Assembly: GCA_012295275.1 (NCBI GenBank)
Contig: CM022679.1
Location: forward strand, 7,254,001-7,318,000
Reading direction: 5' to 3'
DNA: 64,000 bases
Source of the DNA: Chrysomallon squamiferum
Taxonomy: Eukaryota > Animalia > Mollusca
The notes under the pieces are model-generated. The model had not been told where the DNA came from, did no database searches, and was given only the letters and a program-made list of their open reading frames with translations. A program made the translations under genes and the position numbers. Below, piece by piece: positions 40,201 through 55,470 of this stretch. How positions within the stretch are numbered: the stretch's first letter is position 1; each line of letters begins with the position of its first letter.

Positions 40201-42217
40201 GAAAAACCTTTTTGTTAGCTATCTACTGGAACTACACAATTTTGATCCAACTTATGTAACTTTATTACTCACTTTTATTCAAACAGATTTTTACACCACA
40301 AAAAGAAATAATAAATTAATTGTCAAAATTTAATAATTTTTCTCAAACTGATCTTCAGTAACAACAAAGCTGGAATTTTAATTTTATTTCTCTATTATTT
40401 CATTTGAAATAATTTAGTTTTGATTTTCTCACCTAATATCAGAACAGTTTTTCCTTCATAATCATCTGGATTCAATGAAACTGTTTCATAACCCTCAGTG
40501 TGTTCCATTCCTGGAAGATCTGGAATCACAGGTTTTGATACACCAGCAGCTACAACCACTGATCTAATTGTAATAAACAATATAATACAATGTTTCATCA
40601 TCACTTTGAAAATCATTAATACACACAAAAGAATCTTTTTTCTTTTTCTTTTCTTTTTTTAATATATAATATTACTATCAATTAAACCTTTGTGGCATAA
40701 ACAAATTAATAAAAACATTTTGTAAACTTCCAAGTTGAAGGTGATGGTTTTATTTGTTTTGGGACCATGTTTGCTAGTAATAAAGTGTCATATTACAGCA
40801 GTACTTTGTTATTAGCACATAACATTTTATTAATGGTTACATGGTGTCATATGTATGGCTATAGTCTACACAAATAATGAGAAAGAAACTTGTTAGAACT
40901 TATTAATGGGCTAATGATGGGCAACTCTTTCTGATCAGCAGCAATGGCTTTTCTATGCACCATATCAGTGATGGTGTTTCGTTTCATATGTGGAGCAGTG
41001 GTTGGAACAAGATACAGATCAGAAGGTCAATTAAGAAGTACTGACCACTGCTCGTTGAATGGATGCTCTATCTCTGTGCCAGTGTGAGTTCCTTTCTTAT
41101 TAGTCAAGATTATGTTTAAATGTACATTAAGCAATCACATAAATAATCTAAAAATTAAAAATACATCTAATTATATTTTTGTGTTGTTAGTATGAAGCAA
41201 GCTGACATGTATATTTGTTTTGTTTTTTGTTCAAATAACTGCACAAACAACCTATTTGGAAACAACGACTCTTGAAAACATTTAGTCTTTTTCAGCTTCT
41301 TCAACACGTCCAATTAAGATGACCACAGATTTGGCTAATAATCCTAAAAGTGATCATTTCTGGTTTTTAATTAGGATGGCCTGGATATCCCACAGGCATT
41401 CTTGGTGTTCGTCCCTGTGTTATTGGCTTTGGGGTTTCTGTAATCACAGTTTGCTAGTCTATTAATCTCATGTTGCTATAACAAAAAATTAAAATAATAA
41501 AAATAATAAAAAATAAAAGATTTTCTAAATGAGATAAGTATCCAGATATGTTATGCATATCATTTGTGAAAATAAAGTTATAAGAAAATTAAAGGGGTTA
41601 AATCATTAAAAAAAAAGATACAAGGAATGAAAATTTTGTTTTTACTAAAACTAATAAAAATTCAGTACATTTAATATGGATACAATTTAATCATTTTAAT
41701 TAAAGATTTTCATGGACATTCTGAAAAATTTTTAAAATGAAAAAAAAAAAGGAGTCCAAATATCTACTTTCACTGACATTTATATATTTTTAAATTCATT
41801 CTTTCTTTCTGATTAATTTTTGTTGTTTTTATTTCATTTATTATTATTATTATAATGTGCAACAGATTTAAATTCTTGTAGATTCTAATTATAGTGACAG
41901 TACAGTATTTTTTCATTACAGTTTAGCAACATGAGTAACACAACAGAATATCTGTAATCTCTTGTAAAAATAACCTATATCATTTCTTCTTAAATGTTTT
42001 CTTATTCAGTTAATTCACAAAGATGATCATACTGGTATAAGGACTGTCATCTTCTCCAACCAACAAAGTTTATCTTTGTTATTATCTTCTCTTAATAATT
42101 AACACAGTCATGGTATCAAAACATCTCTACTTCATAAACATACACATTGAAGGACAGCAGTTGCATACCTAAAACAAATGAGAACCATAAAGTCTAGCTT
42201 TTTTTGAATATGTAAAA

Positions 42218-42248
<31 letters not shown>

Positions 42249-43421
42249 ATATTGTGACTAAATTGTTGGAGAAAAAAGAATGTAATGTTTATTATGTAAG
42301 AAATGATCTAAAAGAGTTTGTTTTCATTTTCAAGTAAAAATTACCATTACATGCTATTGTTTTCAATGATTATTTTCCTTTTTTATGAATACTTGACTTG
42401 AAGAGAAGACAAATTTTGCTCTACAAATATTCTCAAATATAATATGACAATCATTCTGTTGTCACTTCTGATTTGCTACATAGATTTCCATGCCGGCTAC
42501 TAGGGGAATTGTTTCATTATCAAGACCACCATGTCATAGTAACCACTGGAATGCTCCATGATGGTCTAGTTAAAAGGGCCCACTGTATTTGGGAGAAAAA
42601 ACTAAATAAATAAATAAATAAAAATAATAAAAAGTTAATTTAAAAAATAAACAAAATGATTTTATATTATTTAACATATTTAGCTTGGAACAAAGTAATT
42701 AATTCTTTTCTTTCATTGATCCCTGCATGACAAATTAGACAAAAGATCTTTTTCTACCAAAAAACAAAATAAATAAATAAATAAAAAATAATAATAGTAT
42801 TTGGAATAATATTTCATGTCAAATCCATATTTACAACTTGTACACTCATGAAAACAGCAGGCAGGGTCCATTAGCAACAAGAGTTAGTTGCTAATAATAC
42901 TGACAGACAATAATTCACTCAGCTTTTTTTTTCTTTTTTTTTTTCTGTGTACTTGGCTTTCTCTTTAAGTGAGCTCTAAATGGATCGTTTAATTTGTTGA
43001 ATGACCATTTTGGAACAGTGTAACCCAGTATCTGCACTGTTAAAAAGCCACTGTGTTTGTGATAAATATTTGCAAATTGGCCAACATGACACTGCTAGCT
43101 AAAGCAATGCTAGAGAACTGCAAATAAACTGTGAAGAGGCAGAACAATAATTTGTTGACATCTCTGTATTTGACTGATAGTATTTGTTCAGTTGTAATGT
43201 ATTTTATATCAGATCTCAGCTCAGTGGTAAGATTTAAAATTAAAGTATTCAAATATCTGTCTTGATATTTTTTAACAATAACTGGTAAAACAGTTATTTA
43301 CAGAAACAGGTATAGATCAGGTATAGATTTGAGATCAATACAAAATTTGATAATTTGTTAAAATAAAATAAATAAAAAACATGGGTGCTATGGTAGCACA
43401 TTCAAACTGTGTTGTGACAAT

Positions 43422-43461
<40 letters not shown>

Positions 43462-46400
43462 AAAAAAAAAAAAAAACGAATAAAACTAAGCTGAAATCTG
43501 ATATGAAATGCATGTTATACTGGAACAATCAACCAAATGAAAAAATCAAAAAAAGAAAAAAGAAAAAAAATGACACAAAAGCTTGAGGATGCAAATAATC
43601 ATCAGGACATCATGATGATGATGTAATATTCTGTTATAATATTACGTATTTGATTTGTATAACAACTTTTAGTCACTGAGCTACAATAAAAAAAACTGGG
43701 GAACAAAGAACAGTTATGAATAAGACTGAAGAAGACAAAGCAATTGTCACACTATGACGGTCTTACCTGCACATGTATTCAATGCCATTTTGATCTTTCA
43801 TTGTGAAATGATGTCCATCAAGAGCTGATTCATTTTTCACTGCTGACAAGTTTCTGATTTCTGTATTAAACTGCACACTGATGTTAAGTTTTCTCTGGAA
43901 GTCATTCAAGTAGCGGACATAATCATCAGCATGTGGAAACATTTTCTTGGAATAATGTCTGAAGAGCAGACATTCATCATCACTAATCAGCGAGTTCCAG
44001 TCGTGACGTAAGTTGAATTCCTTGTTTGTCTGACCTGTGTGTCGCTTGTTCAGACTTATCAGTGTCCTGTGTCTTGGATAACGTGTGAAGAAATTTGCTG
44101 AAATATTAAGTCAAAGAATAGACAACAGATTTTATATCACTATTTGTTTTATACTGATGATAATTATTATTAGGAGTTAAGCTTATTAAAAGCCATTCCA
44201 TCACTCTGAATCTTACCTTACTGATTAGATTATTTGTAATTCCTAATTATCTAGATAAATGCTCTCTTTTCTGCAACTGAAGACTACACAGAGTTTTCAG
44301 ATCACTACCTAAAATGTTGTTAATTCATTTGTCTTTTCACTTGAAGCCTAACATGAAATAATGTTAAGTATCAAATTACAGCTTTTTAAATTGGTTCATG
44401 TCAACAGAAATTGTCTGTATTGTTAAGATTTAGTCTGGCATGTTAAAAAATATCTTAGAACTTACGATCCACAATATACTTATGATTTTATTTTGTATAA
44501 ACAGCTTAATTTCATTTGTCTTGTGTTCCTAAAATATGATGACAAAATAACAAATCATGACAATAATTATTAATTAACTGATTTTTTAAAATTTCTTTCT
44601 TTTATTATTATTATTTTTTTTTAATTTGCTAATTTCATAAAACCAAACAAAATACTTCTTTTATACTTTCTGTTTCTAGATTTACAACAGGCTGCTGAAT
44701 CACTTTCTGCTTTGTCTTAATTTAAAGTCCAAACATGAATAAAATCGGGCTGGTTTATCTGGAATATTAAGAACCTGATGAATTTTAAAAAAAAAAAAAA
44801 AAAAAAAAATACTGTCACTGATAAAGAATTAGGTAAACAAAACTATTATAAACAGAAATTAATCTTTGTCATGGATAACATTATGGACATGCTGAGTATA
44901 GATTACAAATTTTGTAGATTTTAGGAATACTTTGAGCTAAGGACATTACCATCATTGATCTTACATTTTCTGACACACTGCATTATTCATTTTTAGAGTG
45001 ACTGTACATAACATTTTATTTTAATCTCACTGATTTGGTGTGTTTTTTTCAGTTAATCAAGTATTAGTGCATTTTATTTAAATATGCCAGTGTAAATTAT
45101 TTTCTTAGTTTATTTGCATATGACGTATCAGCTATAACATACCATTATTCTGTCAAAAACTATAATTATTATGTACTATTATTCAGTGTTATGGTATAAT
45201 CTTTGCTTGAAATACTCTTTTGGTGTTCAAATGTTAAACTATTGTTATAGCTACATCTTATTTTATTGGTGAATGTTTAAATAATATTAAAAAAAATCAA
45301 ATAATTCAAAAAAAAAAAAAAAAAAAGATTTATTTTATCTGTTCACATAGTAAATGACAAAATATACCAAGATATATGGCTTAGACATGTTTTATTATCC
45401 TTAATTTTTGTTAACAAATGTATTTTCTTTACCTGAAATTAGGCCATTTCTTTAAAATAGTCATCAGTTATTTCATTTGTCTTGTTCAGTCAAAAGAAAA
45501 ATAACAAAAAAAAAAAAAAAAAAAAAAAAGAAAAGAAAAAAAAAGAAACAGAAAAAATGACATATCACTCAGAACATATATTTGAAATTACTCAGAACAT
45601 CTCTGCTTACTTTAATAATATTATTAAAAAATCGGGAAGGTGGAAACACGAACAACTAATATTTTACCTGACAATGCCTCATTCAGTAATGTAATTTTCA
45701 AAAAGTTGTTACCTACCACTGCTTATCCTCAACATACCCCAAAATACATAAAAATGAAAAATAAATAAATGCTAATTCCACCCCCACTAAGAAATTTATA
45801 CACAAGTGAATTAATGTTTTGTGAATGTATAAGATGGAAATAACTACTAAAGATATTGCTAAAAGAAAAAAAAGGAAAAAAAAAGAAAGTTCAGTTCATT
45901 CAGTATAGCCAGAGGCTATATCTTTTTAACAAATAAATGTGATCAATAAACTTGGGGAAAACAATGTCACAGCCTTGCATGATGAAAATGATCTTTCTCA
46001 CGATACTCATCAACAAAATTTTCTTCTTAAACAAGTGTCTATGCCCACACACACAAATATGTTGGTTTGTGAAATTTTTAAATACTCAAGTGACACAGAT
46101 TAATTACTTCCTTCACAAGTGCAGATTTAATAAAAATAAAAATAAAATAAATAAAATAAAATAAACAAAAAATAAAAAAATAATAAAAAAAACCTATATA
46201 TTATCATAGTAACTTTTTCCCCCTGCTTCTCACATATTAGACTTTGGATTTGCAAAGTGGTCAGTATCGACCCTGGGGAGAATTGGACTGTCTAAGGGGT
46301 GGATAAATGTCTTGTGGTCAAAAGACTGGGGTTGTTAACGGCAGTGCATGTATTGGTATAAGAAACTTGTGATTAATATAATCTTTTTTTTATTATTATT

Positions 46401-47475
46401 ATTTTTGAAATTATCAAAGTTTATTTACCTTCAAGTTCAAGAAGAGAAACATATATTTATTTATTTTACATGCTTGGGAGTTGAAGAGAAAAGAAGGATT
46501 CCATAAAGAGCTGGATAGTCTAAAATGTCTGTCAACATATACAAGTAAAATATTACAATAAATGTCCATGAATTTCAGATGATGAAAATTAAGGAATGCA
46601 ATGAGGAAAGAAAAACTGAAGTCTGCATTTTCTAATTTCTTGGTTAATTTAGTGTTTTTAAAAAAAGAAAGAAATCCTTTCACTATCTTTCTGCAGATAA
46701 TTTCCACAATTTCTTCCATATTTTTCTGTATCAACAATAAAGAAGAATGCATTACTGTTCGAAGATTTTAAGCCAGTTATGAAACAGAAATGTTTTGAAA
46801 AAAATGTACAGGAATATGTGCAACACTGATTTTCTTTTTTAAATTCATTGAAATATTTTCTAACTATGTAGAATATTAAAAATTAAAATTGGTCATGTTC
46901 ATCCAGTAATGCAAATCAGTATTAAAAAACTGCTAAATTACAAATGTGTATTTTCTACAGTTATGGAAATCGTTTAATCTGATGTCTCTCAAATAGAATT
47001 TGAAGGGAAGAAATTCCTGAAGCATTTGTGCACTGCTCTATTGTGATATTAGAAAAAAGATAGAAATGGAAAACAAGGCATATATAAATTATAATACCCA
47101 AGTTCTTAAAATCATGAAACATGTTTTCTCTACCACTAACAAACTAATATGAAGTCATTATATTATATAAATAAATTTATCCAGCAATCACTATAAGGTA
47201 ATTAGACAAATTTCTATAGTTTTAGTCATTTAAACAATAACAAGAACTATTTTGTATAATTTTTGTAAGTGAAGATAAAATGAAAATCCATGTATCTAAT
47301 ATTGATAACATCAGCAAGTTGATAAATAAAACAATTTCATTTTAATTTTTTTTTTTTTTCATTGTTATTATTTAGCATTGAAGGATAAAAGAAATAACTG
47401 TTTACTGTCTTAAGATATCTTTATCCTGCTCTGGTTGAATGGCATACTCACACAATATGCACATGTGCACAGATA

Positions 47476-47511
<36 letters not shown>

Positions 47512-48852
47512 AAAACAAATGTTCATGCATGCACATTTCTGTAACAGATGTGACAAACTAACATATTAGACAGGACTTGCCAATATAACAGGTGTGATAT
47601 ATTCATTTTATCATACATCCATTCTTTCACGACTTGAAAGTCACCACCTAATAACTTGAAGAATTACCAATCACCACTGCATGACAACACCAAACACTGT
47701 TAGCTAGCACAATAACACATTGCTATGTTACCAGATTACTAGAAAAAGAATTCAAAGCAAAACAATTTCTGATTTTATTGAACAGGGTAATTTATTTTTT
47801 CACATTTCCGATAGAATTTGAATATTCTTTTAATACTCAGAAACCAGATCCTCCAGATTTTAGCAAAATTTAAATGGAACAGCATTCTGAATAATAATTA
47901 TAATAGTAATAGTAATAAAAACTTCAAGTAACTTCCTACATACTCTTTACATGAATATCTAATCACATTTTGTTGCTTTAATGATTCATTTCTATCGATT
48001 ATGTTAGTGAATTAAAACTGTTCCAGTAGTAAATATATAACCAAATTAATTAATATTATCACTGTAACAGTAATAATAAATTATTATAATCAATTTATTT
48101 TTAATTTTATATAGCTTTTATCATGTATCTGCAGTGCAAAATTTATTTATAAATATTCCTATGCATGTATAGTGAAACCCACAAACCTTAAACATCCAGG
48201 CAAATAAATGCATGTATTTTCACAAGTAAACTCTATAGTTATATATTAAACAAAAAATAATAATAATAATAATAATAATAAAAAATAAATAAATAAATGA
48301 ATAAATAAATAAAAAACCAGGCTGTGTGTTTAAAAATGTACAAATTTATATATATATATATATACACACATAAAATTGTACACATGTATACATACACATA
48401 GGCAGGCAGGCATGCACGCACAAAAACACGTACATCCTGTATATGTACATGGTCTATTCTTACAATTAGCAGCAAGCAATATTATATACACAGGTGTATA
48501 ATGATAGGATTTTGATAACTTGATTACAGTATGTACATGGTCTATTCTTACAGTTAGCTCTTCTGCGCTAAAGCCTCTACACCATGCATTATTCTACTGA
48601 CAAAATAATAAATTATGAAACAGATGGCACATGCAAGAACACAATACCTGTGATGTTTGCCTTTTCAAAAACAACATAGTCTCTGCCAGCTCTTTGGAAG
48701 AAGTAGCCCATCTGTACACCAGCAGGTCCAGCCCCAATGACACAGTAATCATGATAAACCACCGGCTGTTGATGTGTCAGCAGTATTTCAAGTATCAGCA
48801 GTAGGAATTGGAAGACATGGATAGGAGACATTAATGTGGTACAGCTCCACAT
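37206..48852 (-). CDS. FOXRED2: FOXRED2 (ERFAD) ortholog-like FAD-dependent oxidoreductase domain-containing protein 2, conserved copy F (635 aa)
   Basis: Nine GT-AG exons: 48852-48648, 44097-43767, 40563-40433, 39819-39699, 39486-39244, 39080-38914, 38644-38479, 38123-37885, 37510-37206. Total 1908 nt = 636 codons. Keeps [39 protein letters not shown] and [10 protein letters not shown], closely resembling vertebrate FOXRED2. Confidence 0.95.
40860..41090. mobile_element. Degenerate interspersed repeat (SINE-like) in intron 2 of copy F
   Basis: gagaaagaaac...atgggcaactctttctgatcagcagcaatgg...atgcaccat...gtggagcagtggttggaacaaga resembles an abundant gastropod interspersed repeat as I recall it. 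A related fragment is at about 29410-29465. Confidence 0.4.
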
Positions 48853-48945
48853 TTTTTCTTTGTTATCTTTTTATTATCTGAAAAAAACAAACAACATCTA
48901 ATTAAATCAAATCAAAATTCAAATAAAATGTGAAAAAAAACCCGT

Positions 48946-48984
<39 letters not shown>

Positions 48985-49079
48985 ATGCATGCATGTGTGC
49001 TTAACCAAGTAAGAAACATCCAAGTTATGGAATTAGATAACATCATTTAGGCAGAAATGAGTGTGCATTAATATGACAA

Positions 49080-49850
49080 ATGGTTCTGTTCATAAATTTC
49101 ACAGGGATATTCCTTTACTCCTGCTTAATGGGCTGCCACTGTTGAAGGTTCAATGCTACAGGTTTCTGCTGTGGACCTGTCCACCCTAGGTCATCTCACA
49201 AGTACTCTATGGACTAAGTTCTACTGGCCAGGGCATCATATTCACATGGCAAAATGCAGTTAAGCATTATCTTGCTTGAACATCTTGAGTGGGAGCAATG
49301 ATTTTATACCAGTAGCAAATACAAGGTTTCCATCAGTGACATAAAAATCAGGTGTACCTCTTCCATTTTAGTCTCCATTACATAACAGACCTGGTGTCTC
49401 TTACGTCATTTGCAATACACTCTGATAGGTCAATCAGCAACCCTCAAGTTGAATCATAATTCATCAATAAAGAGGACATTTATCCAGTGATTCTTTATCC
49501 AGTTTATTTGCTGGGTTCACTGAAGACTGAGTTGATGATGACATGTAAGAAAGTGCAGGTTTTCTTGCAGCTCAGTGTGCCTACATGTTGTAGGTTTGCA
49601 AATGGTTCCCGTCTGATCATGAATGTGGAATTGCCAGGATAAATGGTGGCTGTCTGAATCTGGTTCCAGAGATTAATGTGCAGTCCATGGACAACCATTT
49701 TAAGGCTCATTATTTGGTGGAACCAGTGGCATGCAAATGACTGTTCATATTTTGACGAGAAAATTGTGACAATGGTCTGTACAATAAACATCTGATTTTC
49801 TTAAGTTGATATTGCATGCTTTTCCATGTGAAAAGTAAATCTTTTTACTG
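49080..49850 (-). mobile_element. Degenerate Tc1/mariner transposase remnant
   Basis: Minus-strand translation near 49280-49170 gives FKQDNA*LH, MMPWP, and LS/IEYL*DDLG with frameshifts. This matches the Tc1 DDE-domain signature FQQDNA..H / WP..SPDLNPIE.LW. Boundaries are approximate. Confidence 0.65.
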
Positions 49851-49867
49851 TACATATGTAGTTTTTT

Positions 49868-49912
49868 TTTTTTCACTGATAATCAACACATGGTTGATTA
49901 TCAGTGAAAAAA
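49868..49912. repeat. Perfect 20-bp-arm hairpin
   Basis: ttttttcactgataatcaac-acatg-gttgattatcagtgaaaaaa. Confidence 0.85.
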
Positions 49913-50117
49913 TAATAATTATTGATGTAAGGAGAAGCTACTTGCATTTGTTAATTTTGAGTCTTAAAATAAAGTATGTAGTTAATTAAGGCCATTAACC
50001 AGTTGCTGCTAAAAGAACTAGGAGAAAGGAAATAAGATGTTTGTTTAAAAATTAAATTTCAGATAAGTTTTATATAGCCACAGAACATCAACAACACTAT
50101 TATTTGAAACAAATTGA

Positions 50118-50374
50118 AAATGAGTCTGCTGTAAGCAAATCCTTCAATTTTGTCAGCAACTTTTGTTTTAATACCAATCCTTTCTATAAAAATGTTATAA
50201 ACACGTCTGTCTGTCAATCACTGTAGAAAACCACTGATCACATCAATCAGACTGAGTCATCCCAACTGATGTGACTGACAGACAGACATGTTTATAACAT
50301 TTTTATAGAAAGGACTGGTTTTAAAACAAAAGTAGCTGACAAAACTGAAGGATTTGCTTACAGCAGACTCATTT
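50118..50374. repeat. Long inverted repeat (about 104-bp arms, about 50-bp spacer), MITE/foldback-like
   Basis: aaatgagtctgctgtaagcaaatccttca...gtctgtctgtcaatcac (50118-50221) is the near-perfect reverse complement of gtgactgacagacagac...tgaaggatttgcttacagcagactcattt (50271-50374). Confidence 0.9.
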
Positions 50375-53300
50375 ACAAATTTATATATACTAGAGAGAGA
50401 GAGAGAGAGAGGACAAGATATATTAATAAGACTTTCAGTAGTTTAAATCCAGCATTGTTTTGAAAAAAAAAAAAAAAAAAATTAATGAAAAGTTTATTAC
50501 AAATGTTAATTTCAGTAATAAATATAATGTAATAATTCCTTTTATAAATCAATAATGTAAATAAATTGATTATTTCCCATTCCAAACAATGCTCTTTGAA
50601 ATCTTTAGTAAAGTATATATTAGAGATAAAAAAAAAAGCAGCTACTGCTTTCTTTTCACATTATGGTTTAGTTACAAACTATTTGTAACAAAATGTTTTC
50701 ATTTTCACTGCAGCTACATGTTGGAGTTACAATGAAAATCTAAAATTCACTAAAAATATGGAATAAAAAGATGTCAACTGCTCATTTATGTACAAATCTA
50801 GTAAAAACAAATATAAAACAACCTTCAGGACTGGTTTTTGTTATCTTTTTTCCCTTGAATTTTATATTTTTATTCACTTTCTATTTTCTTCCTAATAAAT
50901 TACTGTCCATAAAGACAGGGTGAGAAATCCACTTAAATCCATAGCTATCAGTCATCAGGATATCCGGCTTATTTGCTCTGACTAGCACTGCAGTTCTATC
51001 AACTAACAACAGATGCTGGTTCAAAACCAGTGCCAGAGGAGAAGTACTTAACCACAGAATGGATAAACCATGATAAAGGCTTCATTAACACTATTCAATG
51101 GATTGACTATGCCACCTTTAAAGCATGAACCAAACATTTTTCAGTTTCTAAATGAAAGGATAAACAAAATAGATGAATAAATATGATATAGTAAATTAAT
51201 GTAACACCACTGCTTTTTATGTAACAGCTGTGAATTAAACAGCCTAATGTGTTCTCTGAGGATGACTCTCCTTAAGCTTTCTATTATTAAAACAATAGTC
51301 TCAACAGAAATAACCAAGTGAGCAACAGGAAACTAATCTTAAAATATACTTTTCCTCTAACAATTAAGTACAGTGTGTTATTGTCAATAAACACTTTCTT
51401 ACAAACTGTTTTTAAATATCACATTAGCTGTGAAGATCTAACCGATTAAAACTAGTATGATACTGGAATTCACTTTCAAGTTTGAATAAAACTAACTTTT
51501 CTACAGTAGTAGCAAGGCTGCATTTCTAACAGCAACTTACAAATAATTGAACCCAAGGGTCTGCTACACTATCTTCTGACAGTGAGAAACAAGCCATGAA
51601 ATGTGCTTAAATATCCTTTTATTTACATGGAAAGAAGTTAATTAAGCAGACTCAAACCCTAATGACTACATGGTCAACTTTTCACTGCCAAACATTCTGA
51701 ATGCAAATACTTCAGTAATTGACTAATTTAATGCAGAGTCCCAGGGCAATCGATGATGTCGAAAGCAACACGTCGCACTTCTTTTCTGTTAGACTGAAAA
51801 TAGATTACAAATACTTCCTGCCCACGCAATAAGGACAAGTCTTGTGTGATTGCAACATGCAATTATGTCAATGATGCCTGGATGAACAACAATTTTTGGG
51901 GCTGGACCACTCAAAAATCAACAACACTAATAAGAGAGAAAGGACACTCTGCTTCTATTATGGTTTAATCTGAAGCCTGATGAAAGACTTTAAGTGTATT
52001 TCACTGTTTGCTAGGGAAATTGAAACACGTCTTATCTGAGCTTGAGCCAACATTAAATTCATTTGCATGGGCACTTGACTTTGAACATAATGATTTACTG
52101 TAATATTAAGTGGGTCTGAAACCAGTTCTAAATCAAAAGGCACAAAATGTATCATGAGTGAGACTAGGTTAGAAGAAATTGTTATGTAGTAGCCTTCATT
52201 TGCTATAAAATTTGAAATGTAATAATCAGTAACATTATTATTTGATAAATATCTTCCCATTCCAACTAAGCATTTAATAATAATAATAATAACAGATTAG
52301 TGCATAAGTTTGAGATAGAAGCCCATAAATGCATACTAATGAAAATACCTTAATTAGACTAATAAGCTGGAAGATAAGCATTATGTTATGAAAAATTAAG
52401 TAATTAACATCATTAAGAAAAAATGTATTTTCTGGAGAAATCAAACTGTAACAATATTGTAATAAAAATACTTTTTTTTTTTTAATTTTCTTTTTTAACT
52501 TTGTTGTAATGTAAAATGATTTAAAATATATATTACTAATTAAACCTCTGTTTTTAAACATTTTAAAAGTATAGCACCAATCTGTTAATAAAATTTTATT
52601 AAATAATTAATGTTATTTTTAAATTAATATTAAAAATCAGCTTAATTAATATTCCTAAAACATTTTCCACCATGTTTTGGGTTTATTAGTCACATGATAA
52701 CAATTAATTTATTCAGACTTCTGTAAACTGTTAAAGTTTCAGAGTGTTTTCTTAAATGAAAAGAAATTAATGAAGAAGAAGAAGAAAAAAATCTCTAATC
52801 CAATCAATAATTTGTTACACAGCAATTTAAGTTGCTTTTAATTTTCATATCATTAGAAAATTTCAATCTGTGGATCAATTAAATTTCAGCTCAAATATTT
52901 TAATTTCATACTGTCTTGAAATACATAATTTTAACAGGACCAAGCTCATCATGTTCAGAAGCAGTAAAATGCCTTTCACTTGATACAATCAATGACAGAT
53001 TCTGAGACATCCCCAAAGCAAATTATATTAAATTACATTTTTCAAGAAATAACAGAACAACATCCAAAAATAAAACAAATATTAACATTTTTGTCAATTA
53101 CTATCTTATTGTGTGGAAAAATGTGCATTTATGAAGCTCAGATTGAATACAATACAATGGACTAACACATTTATGTAATGATAAGCACTTTTCTATCTGG
53201 AGCCAAAACACACTGCTTGTAAATGTTGGGTATAACCATTTACTTTGAATTCTGTCAGAACTCTCTTGCTTCATTTCTTTTCTTTATATTTCATCTATGA

Positions 53301-54321
53301 AATGTTTCTATATCTATGTTTGCAGACCTGCATTTGCTTATCTTGGTAATTTTAATCTATACAGAGCTGGACATTAGGTTCCTGAACTTTTCTGACATGT
53401 TCTCCAATGAAGGGCATTACCGAAATCCTTTACATTAACAAGACTTAGTAGAATGCAAGATTTGAACATATCTATATATGATAGAAACAAATATTTTCTT
53501 ATGGTAGGCCTAGAAACAGGTTATTTTTTAATGTTGTTGACAGACTGGAGATGGCCAAACTAAACTGATAAAATGAATGTCTAATAAGACCAACAGTGTC
53601 AAAGTAAATGCATCATTTTAACCATTTAAATAAAAAATAAAGTTAAAAAAAAATAGTAATAAAACTAAAAATAACAGTTATAAATGTATATTTAAAAAAA
53701 AAACAATAAATTTAAAATATATAAAAACATTAACAGGAAGGCAACTCTGAAGTGGACAGGTGGAAAACTTGGTATTCATGGTGTGGGACAAAGATGTGTA
53801 AAACTGGTTTTGATGAAATGGATTAGTAGTAATTATCTGAAACACAGCTTAGCTTTTTAACTACTCTATATATATTTTTTTTAATCAGAATAATTATTTT
53901 CATTATTTTACAATTGTTTTTATTTATAAAATAAAATGAATAAAAAACAAATTGAAAAAGGAGTATTTTTATAACAATAAGAACAGAACATGTCCAAGAA
54001 AAACATTATAAAAATTACTAACAAATGATAGCAGCCAAAACATAATTACAGTATTAATACTGACCTCTATAATTATAGTGGTAATAATAATAATAATGAA
54101 AATAATAATAACAACTATATTACTGTAAGTACAGCAATGGTACTACTTCTGTTAAAGATATTACTGCTATCACTACTGGAACTATGACCACCACTGCTAC
54201 TGTAAAACTACTACTGCACCTATGATTACTCTTTTTGCTACTGCTCTATTACTGCTACTATCATTACTATTACAAGCACAAATGCAACACTGTTAGAATA
54301 AACCAAATATTCAAAACCAGC

Positions 54322-54358
<37 letters not shown>

Positions 54359-55124
54359 ATAATAATAATAATAAAAGATCAAGCATGAAACAATATTAGC
54401 ATTTTGGATGTTAATTTTGCAAATATAGTGACCAAATATAATTTTACGTAAATTTTATATTTTCTTTGAAGAAATATTATTACTAAACAAAATAATTAAT
54501 AAAAGGAAACAGATTTTACTGTTTATAACAGTATTACTTTTCTTACAAAAACCATTGGCTGTTTAAACAAAGCAAACATCAACTTCATGTTTATGTTACT
54601 AATAAATCTTGTAATATGATGAGCATCAATGATTTTTATCAGTTGCACATTTCACTTTGATAATGAAAATAAATATAAACAGATAAATAAACCTTGAAGA
54701 CCAACTGCCTCAATAATTCCTTTATCATACATTTAAAAAATAATTAACATATGGAATTAAAGTTTACTATTAAAAACATATTAAAAAAAAAAAAAAAAAC
54801 AGTATTTTTCGATCAAAATATGTTTCCACAAATGAATTACTTTTAACTGAATTTAAAAAAAAAAAAAAATGAAAATGAAATCCCAAAGCAAAACAAATAA
54901 AGGTAAAAGTACTCTGTGAATAAATTTCAGTCTTACCGTTATCAGCAAAAAGCAAGAAATAATTAAAGTACCCAGAGCTGTAGGAGTCAGTGTGGGTTGG
55001 GCTGTAACACAATACAATTCAATCACACACACAGAGCCAATGAGATCTTGATCAATCATTTCACACATCTAGCTGCACAGCTGATTCGACCACATACACA
55101 ACCGGACTCTTCTTGTTCATACCC

Positions 55125-55470
55125 AGATTATTTTATATTCACATTCAAAGAGAGAATATTAGCGTAGTATTATAACATCCAGACAGAATATTACTACAGT
55201 TTAGTATTATCACATTCAAATAGAGTATTAATTTAGTGTAGTATTCTCATATTTGAATACAGATTATTACTATAGTCCAGCATTATCACATTCAGACTAT
55301 ATTACTATAGTCTAGAGTTACCACAATCAAACATAGGATGTTACTAGTCTAGTATTATCACATTCAGACAGAATATTACTGACCTAGTATTACTATATTC
55401 AAACAATTATTATTATGATAGTCTAATATTACAATATACATACAGATGTTTACTATTTTCATAACATTCT
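55125..55470. repeat. Degenerate minisatellite, unit about 35-38 bp
   Basis: Roughly nine variants of tagtattatcacattcagacagaatattactatagtc. Confidence 0.8.

Noticed and set aside
48442-48558. 29-bp direct repeat tatgtacatggtctattcttaca(a/g)ttagc
   Set aside because: A small local duplication in intron 1 of F with no element features between the copies.
51958-52561. 100-aa and 95-aa minus-strand ORFs
   Set aside because: No recognisable motif or convincing exon structure; composition is typical of AT-rich non-coding DNA.
55125-55470. About 37-bp repeat array as a possible CRISPR
   Set aside because: The units are degenerate and head-to-tail with no unique spacers, there are no cas genes, and the context is eukaryotic.
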